A DNA stretch of 32,000 nt from Methanothermobacter thermautotrophicus str. Delta H (GTDB lineage Archaea > Methanobacteriota > Methanobacteria > Methanobacteriales > Methanothermobacteraceae), in NCBI RefSeq assembly GCF_000008645.1, contig NC_000916.1, positions 1,260,001-1,292,000 on the forward strand, read 5' to 3'. Each line of letters starts with the position of its first letter. Within the stretch, counting starts at the first letter, position 1. A model generated the notes under the pieces. That model made no database searches. It was not told the origin of the DNA and saw only the letters and a program-made list of their open reading frames with translations. Made by a program: the position numbers and the translations under genes. Shown piece after piece: positions 9,823 through 18,179 of the stretch.

Positions 9823-9857
9823 GAATATCACCTGTTAACATTTCCATCATCCCGTCA

Positions 9858-10454
9858 CTATTCTATACTGCAGCCAATATCCTCAAGGGTCATCTCATTC
9901 TTTGCCAGTGCAAACAGTAGCTCTGCTCCCGCCTCGTTCCCCTTGGCAATGAGTGTATCCTTCTCTGCCAGCACCGTGTTCCTGTCGGGTCCATAGATCC
10001 AGGACTCACCTCTCCTGATGGCTATAACCCTCATACCAGTCCTGGTTGCAAGGAGAAGATCCCCCAGGGATTTCCCTGCGAGCTCGGATCCCTCCTCAAT
10101 GGTGACCCTGACGATGATCTCGTCGGACTCCTCCATGACCATCTTGAAGACCGGATGGGGCTTTATTCCCTTGAGCACCAGGTCGGCGATATCCTTGGCC
10201 GAGTTTGCAATGCTCTCAGCAGCTTCACCCACCTCAAGAAGGGCTGTAAGCTCCTCAGCGTCCTCAACAGACCTTGCTGCAAGAAGAGATTCCTTCTTTA
10301 TCTCATAGTTGAGTCTGTTAACCTTGTTCTCAAGTTTTATGACTTCTTCAGCTGCATCCCTGCTGTTGAATAGCAGTGCCGAGTATGCAAGATCCACCAT
10401 GAGCTCCGAAAGGTTCTTCATCTCAATGAGGATATCCTTAACACTCTTAGACAA
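9858..10454 (-). CDS. PhoU-like domain plus TrkA-C (RCK_C) regulatory domain protein
   Basis: N-terminal helical PhoU-like region ([31 protein letters not shown]...) and C-terminal [58 protein letters not shown]. Appears to use a TTG start behind AGGAGG. Confidence 0.78.
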   Translation of the reverse strand: MSKSVKDILIEMKNLSELMVDLAYSALLFNSRDAAEEVIKLENKVNRLNYEIKKESLLAARSVEDAEELTALLEVGEAAESIANSAKDIADLVLKGIKPHPVFKMVMEESDEIIVRVTIEEGSELAGKSLGDLLLATRTGMRVIAIRRGESWIYGPDRNTVLAEKDTLIAKGNEAGAELLFALAKNEMTLEDIGCSIE

Positions 10455-10624
10455 CTTTCATCCTCCTGGGCTGGTGGGTTGATATTGGATAAATTAAAAT
10501 AAATATGTTGCTGTGAGGGACGCGGGTGCTCATGAAGATCATCCAAAATCAGGTGCCAGTGAGATCTTCAAGATACTCCTTTATGAATAACCTGGAGATG
10601 CCTGAACTGCATTACTTAAAGTGA

Positions 10625-11680
10625 TCATCCCCTCATCAGGCACTCTCTACGGAGTTTCAGGAGCTCCCTCTTTTTGTCCATGAGATCATCTGGCCCTGAA
10701 ATTATATCCCCCAGGCTCCTCTTCACGCATTCAACTGCGCTGTCTGTGTGTATCCATGTGCAGTCCTGGCAGCTCCACACCCCCCGGTCCCTTATCCATC
10801 GCCCGCCTGTGGATCCCTCCGCACATGGGTAGAAGGGGCAGTAGCAGAATGCACAGTTCTGGCCTTCAAAGTGACAGGGATAGAACTCACAGTTTTCATC
10901 TGGACCCGAGGCTTTTCCCAGTGGATTTTCCTCGTAGAACTCCCTTGCAAGTTCATGGAGGGGTGTCTCCACGGCGTAGCCCCTTGGTGTTATCATCTGA
11001 CCGTCCCTTGTGTAGGTGGTTACGTTGCCCACCAGCACTATTGTTGACATGTCCACAAGGGACTCGTCAAGGGATTCAAGGTCCACTATCCTCACATCAG
11101 GGGCCCCATCCACGGTCCTTACTATGCCAACCGGTGTCTGAGGGGGCAGCAGAGACCTCAGTATTTCAACAGCCTCCCTGAAGGGCCTCTTCCTCCTCTT
11201 TCCCAGTGGATTGTAAAGGGCTATTATCATCCCGGACTCTGCGGCGGCCCTGATCTTTGCCATTATTTCAGATAGTGGTGTCAGGATGTCACTCAGACTT
11301 ATAACCGCGAAGTCGTGGAGGGGTGCTCCCAGCTTTGATGCGGCGTAGTTAACCGCTGTGACGCCGGGTATGACCTCAAATTCGATGCCTGAATATTTAT
11401 CAAATATCTGGAAGAATACGTTGGCCATGCCGTAAACACCTGGGTCCCCTGAACTCACAAGTGCGACGTCAAGGCCCTCGCGGTGTTTTTCAATTGCAAG
11501 TTCCACCCTCTCAATCTCATCCCCCATACCACTCCTTATGACCTCCTTTCCATCAAGGAGGTCCTCTATCTGGCGGATATACCTCGCATACCCTATAACG
11601 ACGTCAGAATCCTCCAGGGCCCTCAGGGCCCTTATGGTTATATCATCCCTTGCTGGTCCAATTCCTATTATCCTGATCAT
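10625..11680 (-). CDS. cbiH: Precorrin-3B / cobalt-factor III C17-methyltransferase with C-terminal Cys-rich small domain
   Basis: Tetrapyrrole methylase motifs ([69 protein letters not shown]). Extra tail [23 protein letters not shown]...CQDC. Confidence 0.85.
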   Translation of the reverse strand: MIRIIGIGPARDDITIRALRALEDSDVVIGYARYIRQIEDLLDGKEVIRSGMGDEIERVELAIEKHREGLDVALVSSGDPGVYGMANVFFQIFDKYSGIEFEVIPGVTAVNYAASKLGAPLHDFAVISLSDILTPLSEIMAKIRAAAESGMIIALYNPLGKRRKRPFREAVEILRSLLPPQTPVGIVRTVDGAPDVRIVDLESLDESLVDMSTIVLVGNVTTYTRDGQMITPRGYAVETPLHELAREFYEENPLGKASGPDENCEFYPCHFEGQNCAFCYCPFYPCAEGSTGGRWIRDRGVWSCQDCTWIHTDSAVECVKRSLGDIISGPDDLMDKKRELLKLRRECLMRG

Positions 11681-11758
11681 GAAGCCACCAACCGCCTAAG
11701 ACTTGATTAAATCCCTCTAAGAAGGACACTGATCATGAAGCTGTCGCAAATGACAGAC

Positions 11759-12328
11759 TCAGTAGATCCTTGTCACAGATAAAATCCTCAGGGTCTTCAC
11801 ATCGACCCAGACCCCCGAGGACCTTGTCTGTGCCCTTGCAGCTGCAATTACACTGAACTGTTCAGTTGGTCTTATCACTATCTGGCCCTTACCGGTCTGG
11901 TTTTCACGGTAACCTGTCGCCGTTATATTGATCTCAATCATCTCAAGGGAGGTATCCTGGGTGGTTGTTGCGTTGAGGGATTTTATGTTTATACCATCCA
12001 GTCCCGTCCTGGCTTTAAGGGCATCTGAAACGTCTGCATTGTTTATTATTCTGACCTCCTCGGGGCCTCCGGTAATCGTGGAGGTTATGTTTTTACCGGA
12101 ATCAAGGAAGGATGAGACCGTGTCTATCTGCATCTCCAGGAGTTTTTCTATGTCCGGGGGCTTTGACGTTACAAGGGTGTATGAGCTTATAAGTCCCACC
12201 TCAAAGAAGGCCAGGAACATGATGAGGAAGAGGAAGAGTCTGATTATCCTTGGCAATGCATCACCTTTTTCTCTGTGATTAAACCCAAAGGGTAAATTAA
12301 TATTTTGATAAAGAATATATGAACTCAA
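11759..12328 (-). CDS. Hypothetical protein with N-terminal transmembrane anchor
   Basis: LFLFLIMFLAFFEVGLISSYTLV followed by an extracytoplasmic-looking domain. Start may be a TTG near 12256 preceded by GGTG. Confidence 0.5.
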   Translation of the reverse strand: MSSYILYQNINLPFGFNHREKGDALPRIIRLFLFLIMFLAFFEVGLISSYTLVTSKPPDIEKLLEMQIDTVSSFLDSGKNITSTITGGPEEVRIINNADVSDALKARTGLDGINIKSLNATTTQDTSLEMIEINITATGYRENQTGKGQIVIRPTEQFSVIAAARAQTRSSGVWVDVKTLRILSVTRIY

Positions 12329-12410
12329 TAAAATATTTTACTGCACACACATTTTAAAACTTTCTGAATTAGATGTTAAAAACCACCTTACAGGGCAGTG
12401 AAGGATTAAA

Positions 12411-13859
12411 ATGAACGAGATAATCGGAAAATTTGCAAGGGAAGGGATCCTCATAGAGGATAACGCCTACTTCCGGCTCAGGGAAATGGATGATCCTGCA
12501 AGCGTGTCCTCAGAACTCATAGTTAAGATAAAGAGCAATGGTGGTAAATTCACTGTTTTAACCTCTGAAATGCTTGATGAATTCTTTGAAATAGATAACC
12601 CCGCGGAGATAAAGGCCAGGGGTCCCCTCATGGTCCCGGCGGAGAGGGACTTCGATTTTGAGGTGATAAGTGATACAAGTAACCGGTCCTACACCAGTGG
12701 TGAGATAGGGGACATGATCGCATACTTCAACAGCCGCTACAGCAGCCTGAAGAACCTTCTCAGTAAGCGCCCTGAACTGAAGGGCCATATTCCAATTGCT
12801 GACCTCCGGGGGGGAGAGGACGTCGTCAGCATCATCGGGATGGTCAATGATGTGAGGAACACCAAGAACAATCACAGGATTATTGAACTTGAGGATGATA
12901 CCGGCGAAATCAGTGTTGTTGTGCACAACGAAAACCATAAGCTCTTTGAGAAGTCCGAGAAAATCGTGAGGGATGAGGTTGTGGGTGTCCATGGAACCAA
13001 GAAGGGAAGGTTCGTGGTTGCCTCCGAGATATTCCACCCTGGAGTCCCCAGGATACAGGAGAAGGAGATGGACTTCTCAGTTGCCTTCATATCAGACGTT
13101 CATATAGGAAGCCAGACCTTCCTTGAGGACGCCTTCATGAAATTTGTGAAATGGATAAACGGGGATTTCGGTTCAGAGGAGCAGCGAAGCCTTGCAGCGG
13201 ATGTTAAGTACCTGGTGGTTGCGGGTGACATCGTTGATGGCATTGGAATCTACCCTGGACAGGAAAAGGAACTCCTTATAAGGGACATCCATGAACAGTA
13301 TGAGGAGGCTGCAAGGCTGTTCGGTGATATAAGGAGCGACATAAAGATCGTTATGATCCCGGGAAACCACGACTCCTCAAGGATAGCGGAGCCCCAGCCA
13401 GCAATACCCGAGGAATACGCAAAGTCCCTCTACAGTATCAGGAACATAGAATTTCTCAGCAACCCATCCCTTGTGAGCCTTGACGGTGTGAGGACCCTCA
13501 TATACCATGGCCGTAGCTTTGATGACATGGCCATGAGTGTCAACGGGCTCTCACATGAAAGGTCAGACCTCATAATGGAGGAACTCCTTGAGAAGAGGCA
13601 CCTTGCACCGATATATGGTGAGAGAACACCGCTGGCATCTGAGATAGAGGACCACCTGGTCATCGATGAGGTCCCACACGTACTCCACACCGGCCATGTT
13701 CACATAAATGCCTACAAAAAGTACAAGGGAGTGCACCTCATAAATTCAGGGACCTTCCAGTCCCAGACAGAGTTCCAGAAGATCTACAACATCGTCCCAA
13801 CCTGCGGCCAGGTCCCGGTGCTTAACAGGGGTGTGATGAAACTCCTTGAATTCAGCTGA
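12411..13859 (+). CDS. polB: DNA polymerase D (PolII) small subunit DP1
   Basis: OB region ([33 protein letters not shown]) and phosphoesterase-like core ([14 protein letters not shown]..., [69 protein letters not shown]). Confidence 0.92.
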   Translation: MNEIIGKFAREGILIEDNAYFRLREMDDPASVSSELIVKIKSNGGKFTVLTSEMLDEFFEIDNPAEIKARGPLMVPAERDFDFEVISDTSNRSYTSGEIGDMIAYFNSRYSSLKNLLSKRPELKGHIPIADLRGGEDVVSIIGMVNDVRNTKNNHRIIELEDDTGEISVVVHNENHKLFEKSEKIVRDEVVGVHGTKKGRFVVASEIFHPGVPRIQEKEMDFSVAFISDVHIGSQTFLEDAFMKFVKWINGDFGSEEQRSLAADVKYLVVAGDIVDGIGIYPGQEKELLIRDIHEQYEEAARLFGDIRSDIKIVMIPGNHDSSRIAEPQPAIPEEYAKSLYSIRNIEFLSNPSLVSLDGVRTLIYHGRSFDDMAMSVNGLSHERSDLIMEELLEKRHLAPIYGERTPLASEIEDHLVIDEVPHVLHTGHVHINAYKKYKGVHLINSGTFQSQTEFQKIYNIVPTCGQVPVLNRGVMKLLEFS

Positions 13860-13916
13860 ATGTTATATACACCTGAACCCTGCAACTGTATGTTGATGTA
13901 ATCCAAGGTGATACAC

Positions 13917-14483
13917 TTGAACCCGGTAAGAGAAGTCGTTGATGTTTCACTTCATATTTACAGGACCGGCCTTGTATCCGGCATAGGTGGAAATGTGAGT
14001 GCAAGAATGGGTGATAGGGTCTTCATAACCCCGACCATGGTCCCCCTGGGGGAGGTTTCACTCAGGAATGTCGTTTTGGTGGACCTCAATGGAAGGGTCA
14101 TCAGGGGAGGGAGGCCATCATCCGAACTGGGACTCCACCTTGAGGTATACAGGGCACGGCCAGATGTGGGTGGAATAGTGCACACCCATTCGCCCCATGC
14201 GAGGGCCTTCTCCATTGCAGGAGTCCAGATTGAGAAGATGGAGGGATTCATGGGTCTCGGGAGGGGTTACATACCCATGGTCCCGTACCACCCGCCAGGT
14301 AGCAGAGAACTTGCAGCTGAATGTGGCAGGGTAATGGTTGATGAGGATGCTGCCATCCTGGAGAACCATGGAGTTGTATGTGCAGGTGAAGGTTTAAGGG
14401 ACGCCCTTCTACTGGCGGAATTCATTGAGGAGTCTGCAAGGACCCAGTTCATAGCCGAGACCCTGAAATCCATGAAAAAATAA
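13917..14483 (+). CDS. fucA: Class II aldolase/adducin family protein (L-fuculose-1-phosphate aldolase-like)
   Basis: GLVSGIGGNVSARMGDRVFITPTMVPLGE, GGRPSSELGLHLEVYRARPDVGGIVHTHSPHARAFSIAG, AILENHGVVCAGEGLRDAL. GGTGAT ribosome-binding site favours TTG at 13917 (track start 13908). Confidence 0.85.
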   Translation: MNPVREVVDVSLHIYRTGLVSGIGGNVSARMGDRVFITPTMVPLGEVSLRNVVLVDLNGRVIRGGRPSSELGLHLEVYRARPDVGGIVHTHSPHARAFSIAGVQIEKMEGFMGLGRGYIPMVPYHPPGSRELAAECGRVMVDEDAAILENHGVVCAGEGLRDALLLAEFIEESARTQFIAETLKSMKK

Positions 14484-14601
14484 TCAGCACTTAAGTGCAC
14501 AGGCAGAACCCTCAAAAAATCCAGGAAAAAGATATCATCACTTAAAAATAGTAAAACTATCTTAACCTCTGGAAAACCCTGAAAAATTCAGAAACAGTTT
14601 T

Positions 14602-14856
14602 TTATTCCCTTATGGATTCAAGTTCGCTGAGTATCTCCCAGACCAGCGTCCTCGCATGTATGGGTATGTTGGGGTCGTTGCTTATCTCATCCAGTATGGA
14701 TATAACTGTACTGGCCCTGACGGTGCTGTCCTCATCAGGGTTATTCAGAATTTCGTTTGATTCCTCTGCAGCTCTTCTAATGTTCCTGGGGACGCTGTTG
14801 TCTTCCATAATGTGCCTTAAAATTTCAGAAACGCGATTGAATGTTTCGTTACTCAT
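14602..14856 (-). CDS. UPF0147 family protein
   Basis: [82 protein letters not shown]; AGGGAGG ribosome-binding site before ATG 14856. Confidence 0.85.
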   Translation of the reverse strand: MSNETFNRVSEILRHIMEDNSVPRNIRRAAEESNEILNNPDEDSTVRASTVISILDEISNDPNIPIHARTLVWEILSELESIRE

Positions 14857-14930
14857 ATTGAGTCCTCCCTGCTGAATTCTTGAAGAATACAGAATAATGT
14901 TTATATTCAATCTGGTTTATATCATCTGGG

Positions 14931-15920
14931 TTAAAAAGCTTTTGGTGTCCCTGAAACTGCAAGTGCAGCTGTAACTCCAGAGGACTTTGTTTTTCTTATT
15001 ACAAGTTTTGAATCCTTACCTGCACTGCTGAGGGCTGCTGCTTCACATACACTTCCCACACCAAACTTTTCATAGACGAAATCAGAAAATGAGAGAGTAT
15101 TCTGGGATCTGAGTTCCTGGGGCCCTATGAATTCAAGGGGGACTCCTAGGAGCCTGGCAGCCTCCCTGATACCATCCTCATCCCTTTTCATGTAGCCTGT
15201 TGCAATGGCATCAAGCCGTTCGGGGGGTATTTTCAGCAGTTTCAGGGTTTCCCTGATGAGACCGATTACTCTATCTGATCCAACCCCCCTCCTTGTCCCT
15301 ATCCCCATTGAAAGCTTGAGGGGTGCAAGCCTCATGACCCTTGAGTTGCAGTGGGCCCTCACAACCTCGTCCCCCTCCGGGACATAGGTGTAGGTTCTGC
15401 GCATATCATCATCAATCAGGGCCTCAAGGTCCCTGGAGGAGTGAAGTTCAACCCGGTGCCCCTGGATAATTGAGGAGTTGAAGTGCCTGATAAGGTGGGG
15501 GTCAAGGATCCTGTAGAAGTACCTCGCTGCAAAGGTATCAATACCAACAAGGCCATTGACGTCTGTGGATGTTGTTATAACGGGATTAGCACCTATCAGA
15601 CCTGCAAGTTTAATTGCAAAGTCATTGGCACCCCCCGCATGACCGGAAAGTAGACTTATAACATTTGACCCCTTTTCATCAACAACCAGGACCCCAGGGT
15701 CCGATAGTTTGTTATTGATCAGTGGTGCTATCTTCCTCACCATTATACCTGCAGCCATTATACCCACTATAATGTCGCTTTCAGCGAAAACATTCCCCAG
15801 ATCCATGTTCCGGTGCATGACTTCAACCGAAAGAATAGTCGGGTCCCGGAGGAGTTTCTCCCTCATCTCCCCTGCGAGTCTTCTGGCCCTCTCTGTTAGT
15901 GTGAGTATTGTAACTATCAT
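14931..15920 (-). CDS. cbiG: CbiG-type cobalt-precorrin-5A hydrolase
   Basis: GIMAAGIMVRKIAPLINNKLSDPGVLVVDEKGSNVISLLSGHAGGANDFAIKLAGLIGANPVITTSTDVNG and C-terminal GIGTRRGVGSDRVIGLI...SSGVTAALAVSGTPK. Confidence 0.9.
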   Translation of the reverse strand: MIVTILTLTERARRLAGEMREKLLRDPTILSVEVMHRNMDLGNVFAESDIIVGIMAAGIMVRKIAPLINNKLSDPGVLVVDEKGSNVISLLSGHAGGANDFAIKLAGLIGANPVITTSTDVNGLVGIDTFAARYFYRILDPHLIRHFNSSIIQGHRVELHSSRDLEALIDDDMRRTYTYVPEGDEVVRAHCNSRVMRLAPLKLSMGIGTRRGVGSDRVIGLIRETLKLLKIPPERLDAIATGYMKRDEDGIREAARLLGVPLEFIGPQELRSQNTLSFSDFVYEKFGVGSVCEAAALSSAGKDSKLVIRKTKSSGVTAALAVSGTPKAF

Positions 15921-16810
15921 GGTATCACCAGCATTACCCCTGCTGCAGCTAACGTGAACAGTATCAGGGTCAGGGAACTCAGCTTCACGGCATCAAGAAG
16001 TTTTTCATTGTCCAGTCCATCACATGGATCCCCGAGGACGTACACGCCCGGCTTTTCCAGCTGAACAGAAAGGGCCCCTGCCGCTGCAGCCATGGTGAAA
16101 CCTGAGTTGGGGCTTGGAGTACGCCGGGCGTCCCTCAAAAGAATCCTGAAGGATCCCCTCCAGTTCATGCCGAGTAGGAGGGCTGCAGGGACCATCAGGA
16201 CACCGGTGATTCTTGATGGGATGTAGTTGAGTATATCATCCAGCCTTGCAGGGAACCATCCTATGTCTCTGTTCTCGCTGTCAAGGTAGCCCACCATAGC
16301 ATCAAGTGTATTGACCACCCGGTAGAGGAAGGCGCCTGGAAGGCCCAGGAGGATGAAATAGAAGATGGGGGCTGTCACCGAATCCGTGATGTTTTCTGTG
16401 AGTGTCTCAATCGCCGCTGAGGTTATCTGTTCATCTGAGAGGGAAGTGGTGTCCCTGCTGACGAGCATTGAAAGTTTCCTCCTGGCATCTTCAATGTCCT
16501 CCTTGAGGGATCCTCCAACCTCCAGGGCAGAGGTTACAAGCATCCTTATGGATATCACCGCTGAAAGTAAGATGGAGGATATAATGAGATTCAGGGGGTC
16601 TTGAAGATGGTTGATAAGGAACAGGGGGAGTGTGAAGGGCGCTGCAACTGCAATGGTGAGTATTATGCCGGATATACGGCTGTTTCCAAGGATGTTCCGC
16701 ATCCATTCCACTGCTGACCCCATCCAGACCACCGGATGAAGCCGGTGTGGTGGTTCCCCAATGAGTAGGTCAAGGATTACAGCAAGCAGGAGGACTGAAA
16801 CTTCACTCAT
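15917..16810 (-). CDS. cbiB: Adenosylcobinamide-phosphate synthase
   Basis: VLLLAVILDLLIGEPPHRLHPVVWMGSAVEWM, MVGYLDSENRDIGWFPARLDDILNYIPSRITGVLM, PSPNSGFTMAAAAGALSVQLEKPGVYVLG. AGGAG ribosome-binding site before ATG 16810. The track extension to 17197 is antisense sequence. Overlaps cbiG start (ATGA). Confidence 0.88.
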   Translation of the reverse strand: MSEVSVLLLAVILDLLIGEPPHRLHPVVWMGSAVEWMRNILGNSRISGIILTIAVAAPFTLPLFLINHLQDPLNLIISSILLSAVISIRMLVTSALEVGGSLKEDIEDARRKLSMLVSRDTTSLSDEQITSAAIETLTENITDSVTAPIFYFILLGLPGAFLYRVVNTLDAMVGYLDSENRDIGWFPARLDDILNYIPSRITGVLMVPAALLLGMNWRGSFRILLRDARRTPSPNSGFTMAAAAGALSVQLEKPGVYVLGDPCDGLDNEKLLDAVKLSSLTLILFTLAAAGVMLVIP

Positions 16811-16906
16811 GTACTCCTCTTTTAACTGTGCTCTGTTATATATCTGAGACATGTAATAATTTTTATCTATATATTCATGAAGGGAGATAGTTATAGCCGT
16901 GATAAC

Positions 16907-17374
16907 ATGTCCCAAGAAATGATCAAGAAATGGCTTGATGAAGAGGGGTTCCTCCGCATGGAGGTTCCTGACGAAAACGCCAGATTTCACTATGTTGTGA
17001 ACTACCCTGAGGATCACGTTATCGATATAATCCAGCCCGCCGGAAAGGATGACATGATTCTCATAGCCTGCGCAACCAGTGTCAGTCCAGAGCACCAGGC
17101 AGGGATCCGGGCGCTCAGCATGGAGAAGAGGACTGAGTTCATATGGAAGGTCAGGTTCACGCTTAACCGGTTCGGGGTTGATTTCCAGCTCGACCATCCA
17201 GAAAACGTCCTTAACAGTTACCTCGTGACAGATGAAATATTCTTCGACGGCCTTTCAAAGGACAGATTGATTTCAAGTATAAAAAATGTCTTCAGGGCAA
17301 AACTGCAGGTCATGTGGATGATACAGGAACGTTTCGGTGAAGAAAGACCAGAACATGATAGCATGTATGTCTAG
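16907..17374 (+). CDS. DUF2299-like conserved protein
   Basis: MSQEMIKKWLDEEGFLRMEVPDENARFHYVVNYPEDHVIDIIQPAGKDDMILIACATSVSPEHQ...; TATA-like sequence just upstream favours ATG 16907 over the track start 16877. Confidence 0.65.
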   Translation: MSQEMIKKWLDEEGFLRMEVPDENARFHYVVNYPEDHVIDIIQPAGKDDMILIACATSVSPEHQAGIRALSMEKRTEFIWKVRFTLNRFGVDFQLDHPENVLNSYLVTDEIFFDGLSKDRLISSIKNVFRAKLQVMWMIQERFGEERPEHDSMYV

Positions 17375-17385
17375 GGGAGGTCCGG

Positions 17386-17653
17386 TTCAACTGTAAGGAC
17401 TCCCTGTAACCATTTTTCTTATGTGGGGGATGGCTTTCAACTGTAAAATCATTTGGGTTTCCTGTTTCTCTGGGTGTGGGTCAATGGTTTCAAGTGTAAA
17501 GTTTTTTCTCTCGTTTAGTTGCCCGAGTGAGAGAGGTCAATTTCAACTGTAACCAGCGAAACTTTATTCAGGCTTAACAGAGAGAGGTCAATTTCAACTG
17601 TAACTTTATTATTAAAAATTTGTCTAAAATAGTGACATCAGGTTCAACTGTAA
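17386..17653 (-). repeat. Left-arm ORB-like repeats (6 copies)
   Basis: TTCAA[C/G]TGTAA at 17386, 17436, 17489, 17542, 17593 and 17643 (start positions). Reverse complement is TTACA[G/C]TTGAA. Confidence 0.93.
17604..17642. other. AT-rich stretch, candidate duplex unwinding element
   Basis: CTTTATTATTAAAAATTTGTCTAAAATAG... between left repeats 5 and 6. Confidence 0.45.
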
Positions 17654-17707
17654 AAGGTTCTTTCCTGGTTCGGCCTGGTTTACAGAGCGAAAAATAAAAA
17701 CCTTAAA

Positions 17708-18028
17708 TACACTTGAAATGAATGTCTCAAAAAATCGAGATCAATTAATACTAACTTACACTTGAAATGAATGTCTCCCTTACAGGTCATCAGAACCATG
17801 GTCAGATTACACTTGAAATGGATGTCTCCCACATCTAGCCATGAATCAGAGAACTGGATAAGGAACAGCAGGATTTTTTACACTTGAAATTCATCCCTCA
17901 TGAATTCCCATCGAGGATCCAGATGGTTACACTTGAAATAGATGTCCCACATATATTATTATCGATCAACCTGATTTTAATAAAAACTTTTATCTAATAG
18001 TTGGAATAAGAGAATTTACACTTGAAAT
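17708..18028 (+). repeat. Right-arm ORB-like repeats (6 copies)
   Basis: TACACTTGAAAT at 17708, 17757, 17808, 17879, 17928 and 18017 (start positions), opposite orientation to the left arm. Confidence 0.93.
17949..18014. other. Second AT-rich stretch, alternative duplex unwinding element
   Basis: ACATATATTATTATCGATCAACCTGATTTTAATAAAAACTTTTATCTAATAG... between the last two right-arm repeats. Confidence 0.4.
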
Positions 18029-18179
18029 CTACCACACCCTCAAATCAGGGAATGGTAGTACGGGGCGCTGCCAGCTGAAAAGGTCATCCTGATATTGAAT
18101 TTCACTGTATCCAGATTTTAGGGCCTTTACTGAAATTTGATGCAGCAGTTTTCTCTAAAAATTTAGTTGAAGTGGTACT

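Larger units (their letters stand above)
17375..18179. other. Chromosomal replication origin (oriC) adjacent to cdc6/orc1
   Basis: 805-bp non-coding region immediately upstream of cdc6 with 12 ORB-like repeats in convergent orientation and embedded AT-rich stretches. Confidence 0.93.

Noticed and set aside
10455-10624. Possible small RNA in the gap between cbiH and the PhoU/TrkA-C gene
   Set aside because: No convincing C/D box, H/ACA or tRNA-like features found by eye.
10748-11181. Plus-strand ORFs opposite cbiH
   Set aside because: Pro/Ser/His-rich translation, antisense to clear tetrapyrrole methylase motifs.
13870-13895. CAACTGTA-like sequence upstream of the aldolase as a possible stray origin box
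   Set aside because: Only a short partial match in an isolated copy, without the TTGAA half or tail; expected by chance.
16811-17197. N-terminal extension of the cbiB ORF in the track
   Set aside because: Overlaps and is antisense to the DUF2299-like gene; the true CbiB N-terminus (MSEVSVLLLAVILDLLIGEPP) with a ribosome-binding site is at 16810.
17386-18028. CRISPR array interpretation of the regularly spaced repeats
   Set aside because: Repeat cores are only 11-12 bp, orientation inverts midway, no cas genes, and placement beside cdc6 fits an origin.
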